NCBI GenBank assembly: GCA_037720395.1
Contig: JBBJMR010000004.1
Location: forward strand, 10,535-74,534
Length of the DNA: 64,000 nucleotides
Direction of reading: 5' to 3'
Origin: Polyangiaceae bacterium
GTDB lineage: Bacteria > Myxococcota_A > Polyangia > Polyangiales > Polyangiaceae
Position numbers and translations under genes: made by a program. This document shows positions 29,775 to 39,323 of this stretch, piece by piece. The notes under the pieces are model-generated. The model worked only from the letters and a program-made list of their open reading frames with translations. It was not told the origin of the DNA and did not search any database. How positions within the stretch are numbered: position 1 is the first letter of the stretch; each line of letters opens with the position of its first letter.

Positions 29775-30464
29775 TCAGCTGTTCGGCTGCCGCATCGGCG
29801 CAGCGGGTACGTCGTAGGTCTTGCAGAGATCGAAGCTCTTGTCCTCTAACCACTGCAGTAGGTGGTGGTCAGCGTTGAGTAGCCCCGAGACCGCTTCGTC
29901 GAGCTCGGCAAATGCCGGCCCCGTGCGAAGTGCGAGAAACTCCGGGCCAAAGCGCCGCCAGAACTTCGAGTCCACGTATTGTGACGGCAACGAATCGATC
30001 CGGTTCAGGACACGCTCCGCGACCTGGTCCGCAAACTGCGCCTCGCCGTGGCCGGCCGGGTGGTCGGTTTCGAATCCCTGGTATTCGCGGAGAGCGTCCG
30101 CTACTCGGTCGCGAAACCCGCTTCGGTTCACGAGATCCGTGTGGGCTGCCCTCGCGGCGCGTTGCACCTCGCCCAGCAGCCGGTCGTGTGTCCCCAGATG
30201 GCCCCGGGCATCACCGTTCTCCCGAGTGAAGTCGCGGAGGATGTGACGAGCGCTGGGGGAGAGGTACCCGGCAATCGGGCGAATGTGTTCGAGCTGGTGG
30301 TCGCGGTCGGCGAGGTAGAAGCGCCACGTCGAGTTTCCTCGTCCGAGCAGTGTGCATTCGAAGCCGATGCTCTCGATCAAAGCATTGATGACCTCGTGGA
30401 CCCAAGACTCCACGCGCCTGGAGTGGTGGAGTGAGGCGGCGGGATCGATGGGCTGCGATGTCAT
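29775..30464 (-). CDS. Hypothetical protein (no recognisable domain)
   Basis: 229 aa from the ATG at 30464. 6-nt gap to the downstream PIN-like gene. Lower-GC region. Confidence 0.45.
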   Translation of the reverse strand: MTSQPIDPAASLHHSRRVESWVHEVINALIESIGFECTLLGRGNSTWRFYLADRDHQLEHIRPIAGYLSPSARHILRDFTRENGDARGHLGTHDRLLGEVQRAARAAHTDLVNRSGFRDRVADALREYQGFETDHPAGHGEAQFADQVAERVLNRIDSLPSQYVDSKFWRRFGPEFLALRTGPAFAELDEAVSGLLNADHHLLQWLEDKSFDLCKTYDVPAAPMRQPNS

Positions 30465-30653
30465 GACGCCTCTCGGGCTGGAGTCTAGCCCGCTCTTGCA
30501 CTGCACGCTCAGGCTCTCAGCCGCCGCCGACTCCGCAAAGAAGCCAAGGGGTGCGGAACGTGGGCGCATCCCGGGCCGAGTGCTTCGCTAAGTGCCGGCG
30601 AAAGCCGGCGCGAAGTTGGCCGCATGCGCTGAGCGCCGGCAACGTCGAAGCCC

Positions 30654-31409
30654 ATGATGCCGTGGTGGACGCGCCCCGTGCTGCTGGCCCTGGCCTTCGT
30701 GCTCGCCGGTTGCGCGACACGCTGGGATGGCCGGGACGCGCGTGCCGCCATGATCGACACCGGCAACGCGGCCCGCGGCCGGTGGAATGCGCCGCTCGTT
30801 CCGTCCTGGGATCCCGAGGCGTGGGGTCCGCCCGCGCACGGGCCCGAGCCGGGCGTGATGCCGAGCTACGACGCGCGGGCCATCCCCGGCGGTGAGCCGT
30901 GCCTGGCCGAGCTCGGCCGCATGGGCGTCGCCTACAAGCGGCTGGCGATGCTCAAGGGCGTGCAGACGCCGGTCCACGTCACCGGGCCCCTCGGCGGGCT
31001 GCGCTTCACCGCCGTGGCCGGCTTGCCCCTGTACCTCGATTGCCGCATGGCGGTGGCGCTGGCCTGGACGGCGCCGCACCTGCTGGAGATGGGCGTCACC
31101 GAGGTGCGCTTCTCGGGCGCCTACGTCTTCCGCAGCACGCGCGCCGGGCGCCCGAGCCGGCACGCCCTCGGCCTGGCCATCGACATCCACGCGCTCACCT
31201 TCTCCTCGGCGGGGTACAGCGCGCCGCTCTCAGCCCTCGACGTGAAGCGGGACTTCCGCAAGGGCACGCAGTGGTGCTCGCCGGACGGGCCGCGCATGAA
31301 CCAGGTGGCGTGTCGCCTGAAGCAGCTCGGCCTCTACCGCGAGCTGCTCACCCCGGATTACGATCGGGATCATCACGATCACTTCCACCTGGCGATCTGG
31401 CCTCTATAG
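30654..31409 (+). CDS. Extensin-like C-terminal domain lipoprotein (LAS/DD-peptidase-fold candidate)
   Basis: Lipobox VLAGC. Contains SRHALGLAIDI and a C-terminal DHHDHFHLAI metal-ligand-like motif. Confidence 0.5.
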   Translation: MMPWWTRPVLLALAFVLAGCATRWDGRDARAAMIDTGNAARGRWNAPLVPSWDPEAWGPPAHGPEPGVMPSYDARAIPGGEPCLAELGRMGVAYKRLAMLKGVQTPVHVTGPLGGLRFTAVAGLPLYLDCRMAVALAWTAPHLLEMGVTEVRFSGAYVFRSTRAGRPSRHALGLAIDIHALTFSSAGYSAPLSALDVKRDFRKGTQWCSPDGPRMNQVACRLKQLGLYRELLTPDYDRDHHDHFHLAIWPL

Positions 31410-32034
31410 CCGTGCCCGTCTGGCGCACGCCGCGCCGGTCGCGCAGACGCTGACGGAAGCGGCCGAGGCGCGACTTTGGGATGGCCCAGGTGTGGTGCGC
31501 ATATCCGACGAAGGCCGCGAAGCCCCAGCCGATGGCGCTGCCCAGCGCGGCGCCGGCCACGATGTCGCTCGGGTAGTGCACGCCGAGCACCGGCCGGGAG
31601 AGGGCCACCAGGACGGCGTAGACGTACATGACCAGCGCCACCACCCAGGGCTTGTCGGTGTAGGCGCGCGCGCGCAGGGCCACGAAGGTGGCCACCGCGA
31701 AGCTGCCCGCCGCGTGCCCGCTCGGGAACGACCAGCCGCCGGGTGAGGCGATGGTGAGCGCCGTGCACCACCCCAGCGTCTCGCAGGGGCGCACGCGGCC
31801 GAACCAGCCCTTGAGCAGGGAGACCACGCTGTTGGTGGTGCCGGCGGTGAGGACCACGAAGAAGGCGTCGATGCGCGTCCTGGCCCAGAGCAGGAAGGGC
31901 ACGAAGAGGAACAGCCCCCAGCCGGCGCCGATGAGGGTGAAGACCACGAAGACCTGGACGGCCCAGCCCGGCGTGCCGCGCAGGACGCGCAGCACCGCCT
32001 CGTCGAAGTGCTGGATGGCCTGAGCGACGGGCAC
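31348..32034 (-). CDS. PAP2-family phosphatase
   Basis: Motifs KGWFGRVRP, PSGH and SRPVLGVHYPSD, with multiple TM helices. Start set at GTG 32034 where GC3 rises; ATG 32133 is possible. Confidence 0.8.
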   Translation of the reverse strand: MPVAQAIQHFDEAVLRVLRGTPGWAVQVFVVFTLIGAGWGLFLFVPFLLWARTRIDAFFVVLTAGTTNSVVSLLKGWFGRVRPCETLGWCTALTIASPGGWSFPSGHAAGSFAVATFVALRARAYTDKPWVVALVMYVYAVLVALSRPVLGVHYPSDIVAGAALGSAIGWGFAAFVGYAHHTWAIPKSRLGRFRQRLRDRRGVRQTGTAIEARSPGGSDRDDPDRNPG

Positions 32035-32125
32035 GCCCGCACTCTTGTACCGCCGGGCCCGTTCGGCAAGCCGCCAGCAGGGGTCCCGCCATGCCGCGCC
32101 GCGCTCTGCTAGCTTTCTCGCCTCC

Positions 32126-33650
32126 GTGCCCATTCCCGCGTCGCTGCTCAAGGACCCCTCCGTCATCGGCCCGCTGGGGTCGCTGGCGCTGTCGCAGGTC
32201 CGTCCACAGAGCGCGGTGCTGGCGCTGCGTGCGGTGCGCTGGCACGCCGGGATGGAGCGCCTCGGCGTGGTGCTGCCCTTCGCGGTGGTCCACGACGTCG
32301 GCCTGCTCTTCGCGGTGCCGCGCGAGCAGGTGGACATCGGACCGCGCTGCGACATGGCCGCGCTCGGCGGCGGCCGCGGGCCGGACCTGGTGACGCTCAC
32401 CGAGAGCTACCGCAACATCCTGGCCGAGATCGGCGAGAGCGAGGCTGCCTCCAAGGGAGGCAGCCTCAAGATGAGCGACGACCTGATGATCGTGGTCCTC
32501 TCGCGCCTGCTGGGCACGGTGGCCGCGCGCCTCACCGTGGCGCCGGCGTACCGCTCGGTGATCCCCATGGATCCCTCGCTCTTCGAGGGCATCGACGGCC
32601 AGCTGCCGCAGCTCTTCGGCGCCGCGCGCCGCGCCTTCGAGGTGGCCGCGCTGGAGGCCATCGCCGTGGCCCGGCTCTTCGTGCTCACCATGAGCGACGC
32701 GCTCGACCTCGACACCCTGCGCCTCTTCGGCATGCTCGGCTCCGAGGCCAGCGCCGGCGCCCTGGCCCAGGTCGACCTGCTGGCGGCGCTCGAGTCCCCG
32801 GAGGCCAACGACATCGTCAACTTCTCGCTGGAGATCCTGCCCAGCGTGCTGGAGACCAAGACGCGCCCGGCCGCGGGCACCTCGGCGGCCTTCGGCTACT
32901 CCGGCCTCGGCACGCGCGGTTCCATCGACAGCATGGTGCTCACCGAGCTCGCCTGGGACGACATGGAGCTGGCTCGGCGTCTCGTCGACAACGAGGTGCT
33001 CTACTTCGCCCGCGAGCAGAGCCGCGACGAGCAGCGGCGCGTCCACTACCTGCTCATCGATGCCTCGGCCTCGATGCGCGGCGACAGGCAGACGTTCGCG
33101 CGCGGCATGGCCATCGCCACCGGCAAGAAGCTGCTCCTCGAGGGCGAGGACGTGGCCTTCCGCTTCTTCGACTCCCGCCTCTACGAGCTGCACCGCGCCA
33201 AGGCCGGCGCCCTGCCCACCGCCTACGTGCTGTCGTTCCGCGGCGAGCGCGGGCGCAACCCGGCGCGCGTCTTCGCCGAGCTGGCCACCGATCTCGACCT
33301 GGCCCGCCACCGTGACCCGCGCTCGCCGGTGGTCCACATCTTCACCCACGCCGCGCTCTACATCCCGCGCGAGATGGTGCAGGCGGTGAAGAACCACGCC
33401 CACCTGGCCGCGGTCTTCATCCTGCCCTCGGGCGGCAAGCTCGACCTCGACTACCTCGACCTGCTCGACGCGCACTGGGTCGTCGACCACGCCACCCTGG
33501 CCAGCCGCGACGCCCGCAAGGACGCGGCGAAGTCCATCCTCGGCGAGAGCCAGGAGGTGGGCCGCAAGAGCGGGGTCGAGGGGGAGAGCGGCCCGCCCAG
33601 CCAGCGCCCGCCGCCCAGCGTGCGCGGCGGCTCGAGCAGCGGCCCCCCCT
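32126..33650 (+). CDS. vWA-like domain protein (reading frame appears to switch near a C7 run at 33643-33649)
   Basis: Good GC3. MIDAS-like HYLLIDASASMRGDRQTF. Beyond about 33650 this frame becomes Arg/Ser/Pro-rich with no stop until 34402, while coding signal moves to the next feature's frame. Start uncertain (TTG 32045, GTG 32126 or ATG 32252). Confidence 0.45.
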
Positions 33651-33786
33651 CGACAGGGCCGCGCTCGCAGCGCCTGGGGACGGTGGGCGGACCGCAGGGG
33701 AGCGTGAGCGACACCGCCCGCCGCACGAGCTGCGCGACGAGGCGCGGGCCGCGGCGGCACGCGGCGACTGGCAGCGGGCGCGCGAG

Positions 33787-35580
33787 GTGCTCTACGCGGC
33801 GGTGGCGCAGACCATCGCCCGCGAGGAGGAGTACGTGGCCGCCGTCGCCGACCTGCGCGACGTGCTGGTGCGTCTCGGTGACCATCGCGGCGCGCTCACC
33901 GCCGACTGGTACGCCGGCAACGAGCGCACCCAGAAGCCGCTGCTCGGCGAGGTGCCTCCCATCGATCGCGCCCGCACCCTGCTCGCCTGGGCGGACCGCG
34001 CCGCCGCGCAGCCGGAGCGCGCCAAGGCGCTCTACATGCGCGCCGCCGACGAGTACGAGCAGGCCGGCCTGGTGGCCCAGGCGGCCATCGCCCGCGAGCG
34101 CGGCGGCGACTTCGGCCGCGCGCGCTCGCTGTGGTCGCGCCTGGCGCAGGTCCTCGGCGCCTCGGGCGGTGACTTCTACGCCGCCGGCCTGGCGCGCTTC
34201 AACCTGGCGCGCATGTCGCGCAAGACCGCCGACAAGGCGGCGCACCGCGAGGCCAGCGTGGCCGCCGTGCACCTGCTCGAGGAGGCCGCCGATCGCTACG
34301 AGACCATCGGCCAGCGCGAGCGCGCCTTCGACTGCTACCAAGTGCTCATCGCCATCGGGCGCGAGAGCGGCGAGTTCGAGCACGTCCTCGAGGGCTACGT
34401 GAACGTCATCCGCATCCTGCGCGAGGACCACCTGCGCTACTACGCGCTGCAGTCTTACGAGGAGGCGGTGGCCGCGGCCGAGAAGCAGGGCGAAGTCAGC
34501 GCCGCCGCCACTCTGGCCCGCGAGATGGCGGCCTACGCGCGCAAGGAGGGCCTGGCCGCGGTGGCCAACTTCGGCATGCTGGCGCAGGCGCGCCTCTGGC
34601 AGGAGGTGGCCAGCATGTCGCGCAAGCGCGGCGCCCCGCCGGAGATCGCCGAGAACGCGCTGCTGGCCGCGGTCATCTCCTTCGGCGAGGCCGGCCAGTA
34701 CGCGCAGGTCGGCGGGGTCTACGAGCGCCTCGCCGAGCTGCCGCTGGAGGAGTCGCGCAAGAAGCACTACACGCGCGCGCGCGGCCGCTACAAGGACGCC
34801 CAGGACCTGAAGATCGACGCCACCCCGCTGCCGGCTCACCTGCGCCACGAGGTCGGCTTCCCCGACGTGTGGCACGTCGATCTGGTGGAGTGGGAGCAGC
34901 GCGGCAGCCCGGCCCAGGCCTGCGGCGACGTCATCCTCGACTCCACCTCGTGGTCCGAGGTCACCCGCCGCCGCGCCATGATCGCGCGCCTGACGGCGCT
35001 GGTGGTCGAGGCGCACGAGCGCGAGGGCGCGCCGCCGCCGGACCCGCGCGTCATGCAGGGCTACCACGTCAACCTCGCCGAGCAGCTGCAGGCGGTGGAG
35101 CTCTACACCATCCTGTCACCCCTGGAGACCATGTTCCGGCGCCCGGAGCAGCCGGTGCGCGTGGCGGTGGTGCGGGCCCTGGCGCACTTCCTCTACAAGC
35201 GCACCTTCATCACCCTGCGCGAGGCGCTCGCCGACGCCGACCCGGGGGTGGTGGCCGAGGCGGCGCGCGCGCTGGAGGAGCTGCGCTTCGCGCACGCCTT
35301 CGATCCGCTGGCCCGCATCTACCGCGAGTCGCAGGCCACCGCGGTGCGTGTCTCGGCGGTGCGCGCGCTGGCCAAGATCGACACCCTGGAGGCGGCGGAG
35401 ATGCTGCTCGGGGTCATCGAGCACGACGGGCGCGACGAGCGCGCCGCGGCGGTCGGCGCGCTGAAGAGCGCGCGCGGCGTCAAGTTCGTCGACCTGGCGC
35501 GCAGCGCCGTGCCGCGCCTGGCCGGCGACGCCGAGGCCGCGGTGAGGGAAGTGCTGCAGAGCCGCGGCGTGTCGGTGTGA
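33787..35580 (+). CDS. TPR-like / HEAT-repeat protein (possibly the C-terminal part of the preceding gene)
   Basis: Helical repeats (ALYMRAADEYEQAG, AFDCYQVLIAIGRESG) and C-terminal HEAT/PBS-lyase-like repeats (VRVAVVRALA, VRVSAVRALAKI, RAAAVGALK). The frame stays open upstream of 33787. Confidence 0.6.
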   Translation: MLYAAVAQTIAREEEYVAAVADLRDVLVRLGDHRGALTADWYAGNERTQKPLLGEVPPIDRARTLLAWADRAAAQPERAKALYMRAADEYEQAGLVAQAAIARERGGDFGRARSLWSRLAQVLGASGGDFYAAGLARFNLARMSRKTADKAAHREASVAAVHLLEEAADRYETIGQRERAFDCYQVLIAIGRESGEFEHVLEGYVNVIRILREDHLRYYALQSYEEAVAAAEKQGEVSAAATLAREMAAYARKEGLAAVANFGMLAQARLWQEVASMSRKRGAPPEIAENALLAAVISFGEAGQYAQVGGVYERLAELPLEESRKKHYTRARGRYKDAQDLKIDATPLPAHLRHEVGFPDVWHVDLVEWEQRGSPAQACGDVILDSTSWSEVTRRRAMIARLTALVVEAHEREGAPPPDPRVMQGYHVNLAEQLQAVELYTILSPLETMFRRPEQPVRVAVVRALAHFLYKRTFITLREALADADPGVVAEAARALEELRFAHAFDPLARIYRESQATAVRVSAVRALAKIDTLEAAEMLLGVIEHDGRDERAAAVGALKSARGVKFVDLARSAVPRLAGDAEAAVREVLQSRGVSV

Positions 35581-35602
35581 GCGCCGCGGCCGTGGCGGCC
35601 GG

Positions 35603-36004
35603 CTAGGACGTCGGGCCAGGCGTCGTCGGTGCGGGGGCGGGAGCAGGCGCCGGAGCCAGAGCCGGAGGCGGGGCTGCAGCGGGAGGCGGCGCCGCGGGCG
35701 CCATCGGCGCACCGGGCTGCACGAGCGTCGCCGGCGGGCCCTCGGGCACGCAGGCGTAGTTGCTGGCCGAGCCCTTGTACGTGTCGCTGGCGGCGCAGTT
35801 GTAGACGCCCGACTTGCCGCAGCCGTCGGCGCGGAACGAGGTGCCGCCGATGCTGGCCACCGTCACGGCGTCCTCGGGACACTGGAAGTCGTTGGCCGCG
35901 CGGGTCTGCGCGGTGCCCTCGGCGCTGATGCAGCCGGAGGCGCCGACGGCCAGCGCGGCGGTGAAGAGCAGGCGGATGGCACGAAGATCGATCGGAGCTC
36001 CCAT
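35603..36004 (-). CDS. Small lipoprotein with Pro/Ala-rich tail
   Basis: ATG at 36004. Lipobox GASGC, 4 further Cys, and a C-terminal PAPAPAP tail. Confidence 0.45.
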   Translation of the reverse strand: MGAPIDLRAIRLLFTAALAVGASGCISAEGTAQTRAANDFQCPEDAVTVASIGGTSFRADGCGKSGVYNCAASDTYKGSASNYACVPEGPPATLVQPGAPMAPAAPPPAAAPPPALAPAPAPAPAPTTPGPTS

Positions 36005-36075
36005 GCCACCCCGGGTAGTGCTTCCGCGGTCGGCGAGCAACCGGGGCGTCACCGCGCGGCACGAGCGCGACGTGC

Positions 36076-36993
36076 TCACCCGCCGAGAATCGACTCCAGC
36101 GCACGCATCAGGCGCGCCTGGCGGAACTCGTAGCCCAGCTCCGCGGCGCGTTTCGGAAAGACGCGCTGGCCGGTGACCAGCACCTCGGCGCCGTCGCCGT
36201 AGAGGAGGCGCAGCGCGCCGGCGGGCACTCGGAACCAGGACGGGCGGTTGACGACGGTGCCCAGCGTGCGCGACAGCTCCGCGTTGCTGACGGGATACGG
36301 AGAGACGGCGTTGATCGGGCCGGTGACCTCCTCGTGATCGAGCGCGAACATGAGGATGCCGACCACGTCGTCACGGTGCACCCAGGAGACGACCTGCTTG
36401 CCGTCGCCGAGCGGCCCTCCGGCGAAGCGCCGGGAGGCCTTGACCATCGGCTCCAGCGCGCCGCCGTCCTCGCCGAGCACCACGCCGATGCGCACCTGCA
36501 CCGAGCGCACCCCGTGCTTCTCGGCGCCGCGCGCCGCCTCCTCCCACTTCTTGCAGACGTCGGCGAGGAAGTCGGTGCCGGCCGGCGAGCTCTCGTCGAG
36601 GCGGTCCTCGGGGGCGTGCGGGCCGTAGTAACCGATGGCCGAGGCAGTGACCAGGACCGACGGCTTGACCTGGGCGCGACCGATGGCGTCGACGAGGCGA
36701 TCGGTGGCGCCGACGCGGCTGTCCACGACGCGCTTCTTGTGCTCGTCCGTCCAGCGCTTGAGCACGGCCTCGCCGGCCAGGTGCACCACCGCATCGACCA
36801 CGCCGACCTCGTCGCACCAGGCGCCGTCGCGGCTCGGGTCCCAGGCGGCGACGCGCACCGAGCCGGGCAGCTTGCCCTGGGCGTGCTTCGGGTTGCGCGT
36901 GAGCACGGTCACCTGATCGCCGCGCTCGAGCAGCTGGTCGACCAGCCGTCGCCCGATGAAGCCCGTTCCGCCGGTGATCAGGATCTTCTTCAC
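36076..36993 (-). CDS. NAD-dependent epimerase/dehydratase, YfcH-like (SDR with DUF1731-type C-terminus)
   Basis: MKKILITGGTGFIGRRL Rossmann motif. 305 aa with a typical YfcH-like C-terminal region. Confidence 0.85.
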   Translation of the reverse strand: MKKILITGGTGFIGRRLVDQLLERGDQVTVLTRNPKHAQGKLPGSVRVAAWDPSRDGAWCDEVGVVDAVVHLAGEAVLKRWTDEHKKRVVDSRVGATDRLVDAIGRAQVKPSVLVTASAIGYYGPHAPEDRLDESSPAGTDFLADVCKKWEEAARGAEKHGVRSVQVRIGVVLGEDGGALEPMVKASRRFAGGPLGDGKQVVSWVHRDDVVGILMFALDHEEVTGPINAVSPYPVSNAELSRTLGTVVNRPSWFRVPAGALRLLYGDGAEVLVTGQRVFPKRAAELGYEFRQARLMRALESILGG

Positions 36994-37052
36994 CGCGCGT
37001 TTCTACCAAGCCGTGCGCCCAGCCACAATGAAAGCCGTGGTAAAGGGCGACC

Positions 37053-38150
37053 ATGTCGAACGATCTGCCGACCTACAAGAAGCTGCCCCTCGGAGGGGTG
37101 GATCGCCGCGCCCTGGTCGGCGCCCTGGCCGAGCGCGGGCCGACCGTGGCCACCGAGCTGCTCGCGGCCCAACGCGCGCAGGTGAAGTCGGCGGGGACCC
37201 AGATCGCGCCCGATACGGCGGTGCTCATCCTGGGCGGCTCGAACGGCATCACCCGCGCCCTGGCCGTGCAGCTGCTCTTCGGCGAGCGCGCCGCGATCTA
37301 TGGCGTCCATTACGACAGCGAGAAGATGCAGATCGGCGCCCACCACGTGAAGGCCATCACCGACGCCGCCGAGCGCGAGGGTCTCACGGCGCGCTTCTGG
37401 AACGACGACGCCACCAAGCCAGCCACGGTCGAGGCGGTGGTCGCCGAGCTCCGGGGCAAGCACCGCGCGGTGCACCTCATCAACGGCATCGCCGCCGGCG
37501 CCACCAAGCGCTACGCCGAGCACGGGCCGACCCAGGTCAAGGACGTCGACGTGGCCTTCGACGCCGTGCTGCAGGTGCCCGACTTCTCCAGGGCCGACAA
37601 CGTGCGCAAGCTCGGCCTGGTCGACGTCGAGGTGGCGACCGACGTCGACATCGAGCGCACCAACCGCTTCATGGGCAGCTCGTCGCTGCTGTGGGCCGAG
37701 CCGCTGGCCGCCGCCGGCCTCATCGCCAAGGGCGAGAGCGTGGTCGCCTTCTGCGACTACGACTACCCGGCCGACGATCCGGTCTACGCCATGGGCCCGC
37801 TGGCCGGCGCCAAGAAGCTGCAGCGCGAGACGATGACCCAGATCGGCGAGCGCTTCGGGGCCAGGACGGCGCGCCTCTGCTACCCGCCGGTGGCCACCAC
37901 CGCGCTCGGCGCCATCCCCGGCGGGCTGCTGATGTATGCGCTCAGCGCGCAGATCCTCAAGGAGCGCGGGCAGTACAAGGACCTGCCGCAGATGGCCTTC
38001 GACTCGATGGAGATCTTCCGCGCCGGCTGGGACGGCGCCGAGGTGCGTCTCGACGCGGCCTACCAGGCGAGCCTGCCCGAGTTCCACCGCCGCAAGGACG
38101 CGCTCGCGCCCGGCGACGTGCCGGCGGCGTTCTCGGCGCTGTATCGCTGA
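37053..38150 (+). CDS. FabV / trans-2-enoyl-CoA reductase-like protein
   Basis: LILGGSNGITRALA parallels FabV VVGASSGYGL. DYDYPADDPVYAMGPLAGAKKLQRE parallels the FabV Y-x8-Y..G..G.AK motif. VATTALGAIPGGLLMYAL parallels VTQASSAIPVMPLYIA. Compared from memory only. Confidence 0.5.
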   Translation: MSNDLPTYKKLPLGGVDRRALVGALAERGPTVATELLAAQRAQVKSAGTQIAPDTAVLILGGSNGITRALAVQLLFGERAAIYGVHYDSEKMQIGAHHVKAITDAAEREGLTARFWNDDATKPATVEAVVAELRGKHRAVHLINGIAAGATKRYAEHGPTQVKDVDVAFDAVLQVPDFSRADNVRKLGLVDVEVATDVDIERTNRFMGSSSLLWAEPLAAAGLIAKGESVVAFCDYDYPADDPVYAMGPLAGAKKLQRETMTQIGERFGARTARLCYPPVATTALGAIPGGLLMYALSAQILKERGQYKDLPQMAFDSMEIFRAGWDGAEVRLDAAYQASLPEFHRRKDALAPGDVPAAFSALYR

Positions 38151-38227
38151 GCCTCCGTGTTCGCGGCGCTCTCGCGCTGAGCGCCGCGCGTGCCCCGAAG
38201 GGCGGGCTTTGGTAGGCTGCCGGGGTC

Positions 38228-38632
38228 ATGGACACGCGCGCGGCAGCGCACGAGACGCGATCGGCACGGCTGTTCGACCACTGTCGGCAGGCCGTCCAGC
38301 TCGCTGCGGTCGATGCCGAGTACCGCGACGTGGTGCTCGAGCGGTTGCGGCATGACGGTGGCCCGTCGGCCGAGGACCTGTGGTCCGCGATCCCGTGGGT
38401 GTGGCGACTGGTCCTGGCGCCTCGTTCGCCGGTGACGGGTGCGCTGCATCGCCAGGTCGAGGCCGCAGCGTGCGTGCTGCGCGAGGGGCTATCCATGGAC
38501 ACCTCGCCCGCAATGCTGGACGCGCGCTGGAACACAGCCACGCAGGGCACGCTCGCCCTGGGGAGCACCCTGCGCTCTCATCCCTTCGCCGATCTGCGCT
38601 CATGGTCGATCCGCAAGCAGTTCCGCGGATAG
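38228..38632 (+). CDS. Hypothetical protein upstream of the NTase-like gene
   Basis: 134-aa ORF. 31-nt overlap with the next gene. No domain recognised. Confidence 0.3.
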   Translation: MDTRAAAHETRSARLFDHCRQAVQLAAVDAEYRDVVLERLRHDGGPSAEDLWSAIPWVWRLVLAPRSPVTGALHRQVEAAACVLREGLSMDTSPAMLDARWNTATQGTLALGSTLRSHPFADLRSWSIRKQFRG

Positions 38633-39147
38633 TCCTCGACGCCGCGCGCCTGGTTCGCGCGGGGGAGATCGTGGTCTTTGGCAGCGCCTCGCTCGCATTC
38701 TGGTTGCGGCATGCGCCCACATCCCGCGACGTCGATATCTGGGTCATGCCCGCGGAGCGTGGCGAGGCCGTGGAAGCGCTGATGGGCGAGCTGTCCTGGT
38801 ACCACGAGCGACACGGCGCCTACGTGGAGGTCCTCGGCTCCGAGACCTTCAGCGCGCCTGCTTCCTGGCGCACGCGCGCCAAGCTCGTGACCTTGCCGGA
38901 AGCGCCGGACGTATCGATCGTGGTCCCGCATCCGCACGATGTTCTCGTCGCCAAGCTGGAGCGCTACGAGCACCAGGATCGCGATCACGTGCGACGCATC
39001 CTCGCCGAGATGCCGCTCGAGGCCGCTGTGTTGGAGGCGCTGGCGAACGAGGCACCTTGTCGGACAGAGGCCACTCTGGATGCGAACGTGAAGGCGGCCT
39101 TCGAGACGAACCTGGCCGAGGTCCGGACGCGGCTATCCGGTGGCTGA
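38602..39147 (+). CDS. Nucleotidyltransferase-fold protein (DUF6036/MNT-like)
   Basis: 181 aa from the ATG at 38602. NTase signature VVFGSASLAFWL...SRDVDIWV. Confidence 0.45.
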   Translation: MVDPQAVPRIVLDAARLVRAGEIVVFGSASLAFWLRHAPTSRDVDIWVMPAERGEAVEALMGELSWYHERHGAYVEVLGSETFSAPASWRTRAKLVTLPEAPDVSIVVPHPHDVLVAKLERYEHQDRDHVRRILAEMPLEAAVLEALANEAPCRTEATLDANVKAAFETNLAEVRTRLSGG

Positions 39148-39323
39148 CCAGGGACTCGTCAGGGGTCGACGGCGGCGGTGATGCGGAATGCCTCCTGGTA
39201 CTGCGCCCAGGTGACGGTGACCGTGCCGAGCGCCCAGCCGTAGGGGTCGCGCAGGGTGACCGTCTGGTTCGCCTCGTCCCCGTGTCGGCGTGGCCCCCGG
39301 GGCGCGCGACCGAACGGAACGCG

